From the NCBI GenBank assembly GCA_007571315.1, contig RKRP01000054.1, positions 1 to 62,790 of the forward strand: a stretch of DNA of 62,790 nt, given 5' to 3'. Numbering within the stretch: the first letter of the stretch is position 1; every line of letters begins with the position of its first letter. Origin of the DNA: Gammaproteobacteria bacterium (GTDB lineage Bacteria; Pseudomonadota; Gammaproteobacteria; Steroidobacterales; Foliamicaceae). Below the pieces are notes generated by a model. The model saw only the letters and a list, made by a program, of their open reading frames with translations. It searched no databases and was not told the DNA's origin. This document shows, piece after piece, positions 16,051 through 24,632 of the stretch. The position numbers and the translations under genes were made by a program.

Positions 16051-18492
16051 CTACATCGAATAGCTGAAGCGCAATCCCGCCTGGCGCTTGTCCGGCGCGA
16101 ATATTACGGTCGCCAGATTGCCCAGGGCGAAGAAGTCGCCCGAACTTTGCGCCGTGCGCACCGTATCGTCGCCCGTTACGTTGTCCACATAGGCGAACAG
16201 GCTCCAGCGTTCAGCCTGCAAACCGACGCGCGCATCCACGTTGATCCAGGAGTCGAACACATTGCGGCGTCCGGCGGCGATGCCCCGCTCGCTCTGATAC
16301 TGCATCAGCAGGTCGAGCTGGAAGTTCATGCCATTGCCCAGGGCGCGGTTGTAGCTGGCGGAAACGTTGAAGTTGTGGCGCGGCACGCGCTCCATTTCCA
16401 CTCCCGACTGATCCACCGAACAGAGGAAGAATCCGGCTGGCGTTTGCTGCAGCGTGCAATCGTTCACCAGCCCGATGGTCAGCGCACTGTTGGTGAGGGT
16501 CACAAAGTCGGTGTACTCGCTGTCCAGCCAGGTGTACCCCCCTCCGATCAGCAATCCTTGCGTAATTGCAATTGCGCCTTCCACTTCAATGCCCCTGATT
16601 TCCGCGGCGCCGGCATTGCCCACCACCAGGTCGAAGCCGGTTGCCGCGGTTTCGCTGGGCTCCAGGCTGACCGTCTGCTTGCCCTCGTAGTCCATGAAGA
16701 ACGCCGCCGCGTTGAATGTCACGCGCCCGCCCGCCAGCGCACTCTTGAATCCGGCTTCATAGTTCCACAATTCCTCCGGCGCGAAGCGCGCGGTAAGAGG
16801 GTTTGGACTCGCTATCGTCGATACGCCGCCGGGCTTCACGCCCTTGGCGATGGAAGCGTAGGCGAGCACGTTTTCGGAATGCTGGTATTCCAGCGTAAAC
16901 CGGGGTGTGAAGAAACTGTCCTCCGAGCCCCGCTGCGCGGTGGGATTGTTGTTGACGGGAATCGGTCCCGCAAACGCGGCGCCAATCATGCCGTTGCCGC
17001 CCACGGTCCAGAAAGTGTCCGTGGACTCGTCCGAGTAGCGGGCTTCCACCGAGCCGGTCAACTGATCGCTGAAGTCGTATTCGACGATTCCGTACGCCGA
17101 CCAGTGATCGGTGTCGCGGCCTTCGTCGCGTTTCGCGATGGGGCTTTGGGCCGCCACGTTCTGTCCTGCGGAAATGATGGGAACGAACATCAGAACGATC
17201 AGGTTTCCATTCTTCTGCCGCACTTCCTCGTTCCAGTACAGTCCGCCCACGGCCCAGCGGAATCCATCGGATTCCAAATCGCCGAGCCGGAGCTCGAGAT
17301 TGGTCTGGTCGATGTCCGTCTCCAGGTCGAACAGGAATTGCGCGGGCAAAGGTTCATTGATGCCGGGCGTCGGCAGGAAAACCGGCTGCCAGGGCTCTCC
17401 GTAGTAGTCGACATCCATGTTCTGGGTGGTTTCAGCGGCGGTGCTGCCCAACCAGGCATTCAGCTTGGCTGCGCCGAAATCCCATTCCGCCCTTGCGTGC
17501 GCCAACAGCGAATCGAAGGTGCTTCCCTCGTAATCTTCACCGGTGTAAGGATTGAGGCTTGCGGTAATCCTGTCCAGCAGCGGGATCGGCCCGGCCGCTG
17601 GCGCGAAGACGTTTGCGGGGTAGGGAGCCGGCCCGAATGGGCCCGGCGACAAAACCCCAACGACATGCCCGGGCAACGCCACCGGATCAGCATGGCCGGT
17701 CTTGCTGGCAAGCTGCATTTGCGGGCGGATTTCGTATTCGTCCGACGAGTACGCCACCCGCAGGTCCAGCTTGAAGGTATCGGACGGCTGCAATGCGGCA
17801 GCGGCGGACAGGCCCGTGGAATCGGAACCGCCAATGCCTTCGCCGGACACTTCGTTCTCGTAGTAGCCGTCGTGCCGCGCCGTTACCGCGTTGATTCGCA
17901 GGCCGAAGGTTTCCGATACCGGGAAGGACACGCCGGCCCGCGCCTCCATTTGCCCGTATTGGCCCACGTCGGCGGAAAAGTCGGCCTCGAACTCGTCGCT
18001 GGCCCCCCTGGAAACGTAGTTCACCGCGCCGCCGAAAGCCACCCGGCCGTACAGCGCGCTTTGCGGGCCCTTGACCACTTCGATGCGCTCAATGTCCATG
18101 ACCTTGAGGTTCATGAGCATTCCGCCGCCGGAAGTGAGCATTGATTCCGATGAAATGTCGATGCCGTCCACCAAAATGCCCACCGGGGCGCGGCCTCGGT
18201 CGGTTGGCAGTCCGCGGATATGCGGGCGGGTGTCCTGCGGGATCCAGCCCTTGTCGAATACCAGGCCGGGCGTGAGCCGGGCGATGTCGTCGATGTCCCG
18301 GATACCGGCCGCGGCAATGGCCTCTTCATCAAACACGGAAATGGACAGGGGAATGTCCTGCACCGATTCGGCCCGCTTGCGCGCGGTAACGACGATTTCC
18401 TCGATTTCGATGTCCTGCGCCGGCAGCGACGTTGCAAGCAGGCAAAGCGCGCCAAAAGCGGTCGCCGGGCGCATCAAGCGAAGTGCGGTCAT
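16051..18492 (-). CDS. TonB-dependent receptor
   Basis: Signal peptide MTALRLMRPATAFGALCLLATSLPA, a TonB-box/plug region (EEIVVTARKR...ERIEVVKGPQSALYG) and a barrel ending RFSYSM. ATG 18492 is preferred over the upstream alternative start of ORF 16051..18576. Confidence 0.9.
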   Translation of the reverse strand: MTALRLMRPATAFGALCLLATSLPAQDIEIEEIVVTARKRAESVQDIPLSISVFDEEAIAAAGIRDIDDIARLTPGLVFDKGWIPQDTRPHIRGLPTDRGRAPVGILVDGIDISSESMLTSGGGMLMNLKVMDIERIEVVKGPQSALYGRVAFGGAVNYVSRGASDEFEADFSADVGQYGQMEARAGVSFPVSETFGLRINAVTARHDGYYENEVSGEGIGGSDSTGLSAAAALQPSDTFKLDLRVAYSSDEYEIRPQMQLASKTGHADPVALPGHVVGVLSPGPFGPAPYPANVFAPAAGPIPLLDRITASLNPYTGEDYEGSTFDSLLAHARAEWDFGAAKLNAWLGSTAAETTQNMDVDYYGEPWQPVFLPTPGINEPLPAQFLFDLETDIDQTNLELRLGDLESDGFRWAVGGLYWNEEVRQKNGNLIVLMFVPIISAGQNVAAQSPIAKRDEGRDTDHWSAYGIVEYDFSDQLTGSVEARYSDESTDTFWTVGGNGMIGAAFAGPIPVNNNPTAQRGSEDSFFTPRFTLEYQHSENVLAYASIAKGVKPGGVSTIASPNPLTARFAPEELWNYEAGFKSALAGGRVTFNAAAFFMDYEGKQTVSLEPSETAATGFDLVVGNAGAAEIRGIEVEGAIAITQGLLIGGGYTWLDSEYTDFVTLTNSALTIGLVNDCTLQQTPAGFFLCSVDQSGVEMERVPRHNFNVSASYNRALGNGMNFQLDLLMQYQSERGIAAGRRNVFDSWINVDARVGLQAERWSLFAYVDNVTGDDTVRTAQSSGDFFALGNLATVIFAPDKRQAGLRFSYSM

Positions 18493-18510
18493 AGTGGTCC
18501 CCTGTTCGGC

Positions 18511-18538
18511 AAAAGAAAATCCGCTTCCCCCCAGCGGA
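18511..18538 (-). terminator. intrinsic-terminator-like hairpin plus U-run, 19 nt upstream of the TBDR start
   Basis: The minus strand reads TCCGCT-GGGGGGA-AGCGGA followed by TTTTCTTTT. It is located between the hydrolase stop (18621) and the TBDR ATG (18492). Confidence 0.5.
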
Positions 18539-18620
18539 CTTGAGCCGAGTATATGCGTGCGCGTCAGGCGCTTCAATAATGATGCGCTCGCCCGTAAAGC
18601 GTCCCCGATTGGCGCCTCGC

Positions 18621-20810
18621 CTATCGCGCCAGGCGCCAGGCTTGGGCGCGCAAGGCCGCGTTGGCGCTGAGCGCCGCGTGGAACAGCGCCACGTCATAGT
18701 AATGGTAGCTGGCCGCAGGCAGCATCAGGGCATCGAAGGGTGCGCCGGGGGTGCGGTCCAGCCGCAGGATTCCCTGATCGCACCAGGCGCCGGCGACCCC
18801 GGGGATGGAGGCGCGCCGCGCCTGTCCCGGCAGGGCAGGCGCCACCGAGCCGGGATTGGCTGAGGCGGGAGTCCACTCGCCCGGCGCCGCCCAGTTCAGC
18901 GGGTTGCTGCATTGCACGTCCATGCCGCCGTCCTCGCGGCGGTATTGCGGGAAGCGCATGGCGGTAAATGCCTGGTACGCCTTGGCGTCGGCGGCAGGTC
19001 CGTAAGTGACCCAGGAAGCTACGCAAGCGATGTCGTCCGCGCTTAGGCAGGGCTCAAAACCTTCAAGTTCATCCTCGTACATGCCCAGCGGGACCGGTAT
19101 TCCGGCCACATAGGCCGCCACCAGGCGCCTCTTCAGTTCTTCGTCGCCTGAAATCACATCGCTCACCAGCCGCCGCGTATGCAAACCGCCCTGACTGTGG
19201 CCCAGGATAACGATGGGCCGCTCCCCGGTTTGCCCGGCGAAGTGATTGAAAGCGCTCAGAACATCGGTAAAGGCCAGGTCGTAGGCTTGCGGGCCGTTGC
19301 CCTGCTCGTCGAACACAGATGCCGAAGCCGCCTGGCGGTAACGGGGCGCATAGACCGCGCAGCAGGCATCCAGCACGCTGGCCTGCGACGCCACCACCGC
19401 GTCCACTGCCGGTTCGGTCGATTTGTCCGCCACATCAGCGTTCCATTCGCGTCCGGGCCAAGTTGTAGGATGAATATAAAAGCCGACCGCCTGCTCCGGC
19501 GCAATCGAAATGTCGGGGTTGGGGTAAAGCGCCCAGTTTTCCCGCTGCGTGTAATCAGGCGGACGTGGCGGCGCCCGTTCGCCAAATGCATGGTCCGGGC
19601 GCGGCAGGTCCAGCGAAACCGCCGGAGGCGGCTTCAGCGCCCCGATCAGGCCGTTCATCATCTTCGCTTCGTCCCAGTCCAGGCGATCTTTGCCGAAGCG
19701 CACCACCACCAGCCCCAGCGACGGCACCACATAGACGCGCTGCGAGAAGTGCCCTTCCATGTGCCAGGCATCGGGCGCTGCCAGAGCCGCGTCGCGCGGC
19801 ACTTCCATGCGCGGCTTCGACATGCGCAGTTGGGTTGGCGCGTACGGTTCGTTGCGCCACAGTTGCATGCCGAAATTGGGGTTGCTGGCCGCTCCTTGGG
19901 TCATTCGGCCAACCCAGCCTTCGGGAAGCAGGCGCCGCCCCTCCCAGATGCCGTCGCTGGCCAGCAACTCGCCGATGCGCAGCCAGTTGCGCCCGTTGGA
20001 TACCAAACAGCAGAAGGTTTGCGCATTGCCCCCCGGTCGGTCCAGCTGCACCCAGGCCTCGCCGGCCCCTATCGGCTCCCATATCCAGTCCCGCAACAAC
20101 TGCGCCCAGGGCCGACCGGCAGCTCTCTCGATTGCGATGGAAAGCGCCTGCACGCTGGCGTTGGACCAGATGTAATCGGCGCCCGGTTCAGCGGCCATTG
20201 GCGTGCTCAGGGCCTCACGGGCCAGATGTCCGGTCAGGAACAGCCGAGCGCCCGGCGCAAACGGACTGGCCGCGAAACGGCCTCGCTCCAGTCCCCCTTC
20301 CATGTAGGCCAGGTTCGCCAGAGTGATGCGCGAACGCTGCGGATCGTCCGCCCACTCCTCCAGCCAGAATGAGGCCGGCTGCTGCTCGGATTCGATTGCG
20401 CCGTTGTAGATGGCGGCGCCCAGCATGACGGCGGTCAGGCTTTTGTGCAGCGATTGCGACTGGTAGGGAGTGCGGGCGTTGGCGCCGAGCCCGTAGCGTT
20501 CGAACTGCAGGATGCCATTGACGGAAACCAGCAGCGCGTAGGTCTGCTGGCTCTGCGCATAGTCCCAGGCTTTTTCCAGCGCATCCTGCGGAATCACGGG
20601 GGCTTGCGCAGAAGCGGGGGCAGGGCTGTCGCCGTAGCCGATCGGCGCCTGCGGCGAGTGCCAGCGGGCATTGGCGGGGTCGTCCGCTTGCTGGGGCCAG
20701 GTGGCGAACCGGACCCAGAGGCGATAGTCGCTCGCCATCCAGCCAAGCGTTGCCAGCAGCGCCGCAAGGACGATCAGCGCTGCCATAAGCCACGCGCGTT
20801 TCTTTCTCAT
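18621..20810 (-). CDS. membrane-anchored fusion: beta-lactamase-family serine hydrolase plus DUF3089-like alpha/beta hydrolase
   Basis: N-terminal TM helix, an SxxK motif (SQSLHKS) in the first half and GHSQGG (GxSxG) in the second half. Total length is 729 aa. Confidence 0.7.
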   Translation of the reverse strand: MRKKRAWLMAALIVLAALLATLGWMASDYRLWVRFATWPQQADDPANARWHSPQAPIGYGDSPAPASAQAPVIPQDALEKAWDYAQSQQTYALLVSVNGILQFERYGLGANARTPYQSQSLHKSLTAVMLGAAIYNGAIESEQQPASFWLEEWADDPQRSRITLANLAYMEGGLERGRFAASPFAPGARLFLTGHLAREALSTPMAAEPGADYIWSNASVQALSIAIERAAGRPWAQLLRDWIWEPIGAGEAWVQLDRPGGNAQTFCCLVSNGRNWLRIGELLASDGIWEGRRLLPEGWVGRMTQGAASNPNFGMQLWRNEPYAPTQLRMSKPRMEVPRDAALAAPDAWHMEGHFSQRVYVVPSLGLVVVRFGKDRLDWDEAKMMNGLIGALKPPPAVSLDLPRPDHAFGERAPPRPPDYTQRENWALYPNPDISIAPEQAVGFYIHPTTWPGREWNADVADKSTEPAVDAVVASQASVLDACCAVYAPRYRQAASASVFDEQGNGPQAYDLAFTDVLSAFNHFAGQTGERPIVILGHSQGGLHTRRLVSDVISGDEELKRRLVAAYVAGIPVPLGMYEDELEGFEPCLSADDIACVASWVTYGPAADAKAYQAFTAMRFPQYRREDGGMDVQCSNPLNWAAPGEWTPASANPGSVAPALPGQARRASIPGVAGAWCDQGILRLDRTPGAPFDALMLPAASYHYYDVALFHAALSANAALRAQAWRLAR

Positions 20811-20858
20811 GGCGCGAATAATAACGGCGGGCGCAACGGCGCTACGGCTGTTCCGCGT

Positions 20859-22265
20859 TCAGGCCAGGGCGGCGGCGGTTTCGCCCGCCAGCCTTCCGTA
20901 GGTGGTGGCGGTGAGCAGGCCGTTGCCGGCAATATAGCCCCAGCACGACGGGCCGGACACGCCGCGCGCCGCCCCGCCGCCTGCGAAAAGGTTGGGGAAG
21001 GCGACGCCGCTTTCGCGCAGCACCCGGGCTTGCGCGTCCACCCGGAGTCCGCCCTGCGTGTGGAACAGCGCGCCGGTCACCCGCACGCCGTACCAGGGCG
21101 CGCTGAGTTCCGGTTTGCCGGTGAAGTCGCGGCCGAAGCGATCGGCCGCTTCGCCCCGAGTCGATGCCGCCGTCTCCGCCAGGGTCTCCTCCAGAGTCTC
21201 AGCCGGCAGCCCGAACGTTGCCGCCAGTTCTCCCGGGGTTGATGCCTTTCGCACCGCTCCTGCGCTGGTCGCCTCGCGGTAGTCGTTGAACTCGTGCATC
21301 AGTTCGTGCAGGCGCTGGTCATAGACGGTAATGGCCACGTGTTCCGGTTGCGCGAGCACTTCCACCGCCTGCTCCGAATAGCCTAGCGATTCGTTGGAGA
21401 AGCGCCGGCCTTCAAGGTTTACCTGGATGCCGCCCTCCAGGATGACCGGCCAAAGGATGGGGACGCCATAGCCTTTCGCCAGCCCGCCATGCCCCTGGTA
21501 GGAGCGGAGGTCGGCGATGGCCGCGCCCAGTTCCCGGCCCCACTGAATCGCCTCGCCCTGGTTGCCCGGATGTCCGAAGAACTCGGCGTGACGCAGTTCG
21601 GGCAGATATTCGGCCACCATTTCCTGGTTGCCGGCGAAACCGCAGCAGGCCAGAATCAGCGCTCCGCAGCCCAGGTTCTCGCTGCTGCCGTCCGGCCGTT
21701 CGCAGCGCAGTCCGCTTATGCGCCCTTCCGCGTTGGCGAACAGATGGCTAACGCGGGCTTCCGTCAGCAGGTCCACGCCGGCGTTGGAGCAGGCGTCCAG
21801 CAGGCTGCCCATCAGTTCGGCGCCGGTGCGGTTGGGGCTGCCGTGCATGCGCTTCACGCTGTGGCCCGAGTACAGGAAGCTATCGACCAGCGACAGCGCC
21901 ACGCCGCATTCATCGGCCAGCCACTCCACGGTGCGAGCGGACTCGCGGGCCAGCGCCAGCGCCGCATCCCCATCGGTCTGGCGCTTCGCCTTGGTCAGCA
22001 CGTCTTCGGCGAAAAGTTCCGGCGAGTCCTCAATCCCCTTCTCGCGCTGCATCCGGGTGCCGGCCCCCGGGATCAGGCCGGTGGACATGCCGGTCGTGCC
22101 GCTCGGCGCCGCGTCGCGCTCAAGGATAAGCACTTCGGCGCCCGCCTGGCGCGCGGCGAGCCCGGCGCACAGGCCGCAGCCGCCCGCTCCGGCCACGGCG
22201 ACCGGAACGCTCCATTCGAAGCGCGCGTCTCTGGCGGGCAATACGCTCATCGGACACTCAGGCAT
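20859..22265 (-). CDS. FAD-dependent oxidoreductase (fumarate reductase / KstD-like FAD_binding_2 type)
   Basis: Dinucleotide fold VAVAGAGGCGLCAGLAARQAGAEVLILER and a C-terminal FAD contact block LFAGGGAA. Length is 468 aa. Confidence 0.8.
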   Translation of the reverse strand: MPECPMSVLPARDARFEWSVPVAVAGAGGCGLCAGLAARQAGAEVLILERDAAPSGTTGMSTGLIPGAGTRMQREKGIEDSPELFAEDVLTKAKRQTDGDAALALARESARTVEWLADECGVALSLVDSFLYSGHSVKRMHGSPNRTGAELMGSLLDACSNAGVDLLTEARVSHLFANAEGRISGLRCERPDGSSENLGCGALILACCGFAGNQEMVAEYLPELRHAEFFGHPGNQGEAIQWGRELGAAIADLRSYQGHGGLAKGYGVPILWPVILEGGIQVNLEGRRFSNESLGYSEQAVEVLAQPEHVAITVYDQRLHELMHEFNDYREATSAGAVRKASTPGELAATFGLPAETLEETLAETAASTRGEAADRFGRDFTGKPELSAPWYGVRVTGALFHTQGGLRVDAQARVLRESGVAFPNLFAGGGAARGVSGPSCWGYIAGNGLLTATTYGRLAGETAAALA

Positions 22266-22346
22266 TAGGCCTTGGTGGCAGAAACGGCAATCATACGCCC
22301 GCGGGCCGGCGCGGCGCGGGGCAATGCCGCAAGGTCATAACGCTTT

Positions 22347-22361
22347 GGGAGCAATGCTCCC
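22347..22361. promoter_or_regulatory. 15-bp perfect palindrome in a divergent intergenic region (candidate operator)
   Basis: GGGAGCA-A-TGCTCCC lies between divergent genes starting at 22265 (-) and 22420 (+). Confidence 0.25.
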
Positions 22362-22419
22362 ATTCCAGGTTGCGCTATCGTTACGCGCTATTGTCTGGAA
22401 ATTCCCGGGAGAGTTTTGT

Positions 22420-23307
22420 ATGAATCGCAGGGACTTGCTGCAGGCCGCAGCTGTGATGGGTGTGGGGGTTGGCGCGCCTCGATTGTTGGTGGCGGAAGGG
22501 ACGGTGGCCACCGGCGAAAAACTGACGCTGCCGAGCGATCCGGAATCGCAATGCCGCGCCATGGTTCGCGCCTACGGAAATGAGGGAGGCCCTCCCTGCG
22601 TGTGGAAAACCCGCGGCAAGGTCTTTGCCGTTCAGGAAGATGCCGTTACCCCCTTGTATGGGTTTCTGGGCAGCGAAACTGGATGGTGGAAGCAGGTGGA
22701 GGAGCACGTATGGGTGCGTTATCCGTCCACGGTGTCGTTCTTTACCGATCTTCAGACCGGCGAGTTCATCGACCAGTACGCCAGCCCCTTCAACGGCGCT
22801 ACGGTTACGCTGCCAGCCAGTTTCATAAGGCACAAGGAAGGGCAGTGCTACACGCCCATGGGGCAATGGTTCGGCAGCATGAAACGGGTGTTTCCCGGCC
22901 ATTACGCCGAGAAGCCGCTGCATCTGGACTGGGCGGACGACAATGGAGTCCTGCGCATCCAGGAGGGCTCGCGCTTTCCGCCCATCCTGCCGCAGCCGTC
23001 GCTGGAATACGCGTCCCTTTTCGCCGCGACGCATGAAATCTTGGGCGAAGAGCCGCGCCAGCCGACCGCCGCCGCCGGGGGCTGGAACATCTTCTCCGCC
23101 ACCCGCAGGCCGTGGAACGAGATGGGTATTTTGCCCGGCCACGTCATCTGGCATTTCGACGCGGTGAAGGTGCCATCCTTCGAGGACCTCGATGCCGGCT
23201 ATCTGGAGCACGCCCGCGCCCTTTCGCCAGCATTCGAGCAGTCGCCGGAGCACGACGAGGGCCCCTCGTTCTTCGAGCGCATCATCGAGATGCGCGGCTT
23301 CGGCTGA
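22420..23307 (+). CDS. Tat-signal protein, DUF1838-like
   Basis: MNRRDLLQAAAVMGVGVGAP is a twin-arginine-type leader. About 295 aa. The DUF1838 assignment is from memory of that family's size and context only. Confidence 0.5.
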   Translation: MNRRDLLQAAAVMGVGVGAPRLLVAEGTVATGEKLTLPSDPESQCRAMVRAYGNEGGPPCVWKTRGKVFAVQEDAVTPLYGFLGSETGWWKQVEEHVWVRYPSTVSFFTDLQTGEFIDQYASPFNGATVTLPASFIRHKEGQCYTPMGQWFGSMKRVFPGHYAEKPLHLDWADDNGVLRIQEGSRFPPILPQPSLEYASLFAATHEILGEEPRQPTAAAGGWNIFSATRRPWNEMGILPGHVIWHFDAVKVPSFEDLDAGYLEHARALSPAFEQSPEHDEGPSFFERIIEMRGFG

Positions 23308-23319
23308 GCGCTGGAGGAA

Positions 23320-24069
23320 TTGACGATGACAGATGTGTTGGGATGGCGGAGGAAGTTCGGGGTGCTGGGGCCCTCCACCAATACGGTGGTGCAGCCGGAT
23401 TTCGATGATTTGCGGCCCTGGGGCGTGACCAACCATTACTCGCGAATCGTGATACAGGACGCTAACGCGATATCGGATGAAACGTTCATGGCGGGAACGA
23501 TCGAGATTTCCGAGAACACGGCGGCGGCGGTGCGGGGCGTGCTTACGGCCAAGCCCGACTACCTGGTGATGGGCATGTCCGCGGTGACCTTTTACGGCGG
23601 CGTGAAAGGCGGCACGGAATGGAAGCGCAAAATCGAGGACATTGCGGAACTGAAGCTTTCCGTTGGATCGGAGGCGGTGGCCGATGCGCTGGATGCCTGT
23701 GGCGCCCGCAACGTGGCGTTTCTGTCGCCCTACTATCCGGTGGCCAACCGCGAAGTCAGCCGCTACCTTTCCGACCGCGGCTTCAAGGTGCTGCGCGATT
23801 CCTGTTTGCGCTGCCCTTCATGGACGGCGATCGCCACGGTGGACGAAGCGCGGATCGTCAAGGAATTCCAGCAACTGGACGGCGACGACATCGACGCCTT
23901 GGTGCAGGTGGGCACGAATCTGTCGGCAATCCGTCTGGCGGCGGCGGGCGAGCGCTGGCTGGGCAAGCCGGTCATCGCCATCAACACCGCCACCTACTGG
24001 CACGCGCTCAGGGCCAACGGCATCCACGACAGGATTACCGGCTTCGGTCGCCTGCTGGAGGAGTTCTAA
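23320..24069 (+). CDS. Asp/Glu racemase superfamily protein (maleate isomerase / arylmalonate decarboxylase-like)
   Basis: 249 aa with GVLGPSTNTVVQPDF, the LSPYYP...N block and the INTATYW block, which are typical of maleate cis-trans isomerase-like proteins. Confidence 0.7.
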   Translation: MTMTDVLGWRRKFGVLGPSTNTVVQPDFDDLRPWGVTNHYSRIVIQDANAISDETFMAGTIEISENTAAAVRGVLTAKPDYLVMGMSAVTFYGGVKGGTEWKRKIEDIAELKLSVGSEAVADALDACGARNVAFLSPYYPVANREVSRYLSDRGFKVLRDSCLRCPSWTAIATVDEARIVKEFQQLDGDDIDALVQVGTNLSAIRLAAAGERWLGKPVIAINTATYWHALRANGIHDRITGFGRLLEEF

Positions 24070-24217
24070 GCTGGATATTGCATGAATGAGTCGTACGCAA
24101 AGGTCGTGCACTGTCTTGACATGGATCTTCGAGTCTTTGTTGTTCAAATTAACCCACCAGCGGCATAGATTTTCAGTTGCACTACGGTTATGATGCCGGT
24201 CGGTGGCGCTAACAGCC

Positions 24218-24261
24218 ATCGATACTTTGCTATTTTCAGATCGATACTTTGCTATTTTCAG
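24218..24261 (+). repeat. perfect tandem direct repeat, 2 x 22 bp
   Basis: ATCGATACTTTGCTATTTTCAG occurs twice head to tail. The repeat ends 9 nt before the ATG at 24271 and is followed by AGGGAAATA. Confidence 0.9.
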
Positions 24262-24270
24262 AGGGAAATA

Positions 24271-24564
24271 ATGAAAAAAACACTACTAACCATAACTATC
24301 TTTGCGTTGTTGACCACAGCACTTCCGCTTCCGCTGCCAATAGTTACCACGGCGAGCGCCACATCTTCTGCTCAAACCGGAGATGTTGCGCCGTCTAGCG
24401 GAGGTTTTAAAACATATAGCGATACTAGTTGCACCACTTTCGTGGCGAACGTGAATGATGTGCCAAGCTTGACCAATCTTATTGGACTTGGGGTCGTTCA
24501 TTCGTATCAACAGATCGGATTGTTGGGTGGTTTGGGGCCATGTATAAGTGTTCCCTCACCTTGA
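24271..24564 (+). CDS. small secreted protein, unknown family
   Basis: Sec-type leader MKKTLLTITIFALLTTALPLPLPIVTTASA. The mature part is about 68 aa, Gly/Ser/Thr-rich, with two Cys. It sits in an AT-rich islet (25/60 GC at 24121-24180). Confidence 0.5.
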   Translation: MKKTLLTITIFALLTTALPLPLPIVTTASATSSAQTGDVAPSSGGFKTYSDTSCTTFVANVNDVPSLTNLIGLGVVHSYQQIGLLGGLGPCISVPSP

Positions 24565-24632
24565 AAGAATACGCCGCTTTGTCTGCAAGACCAGTAGCAA
24601 TGTAGCCGTTAACAAAACACAGTACACAATAC

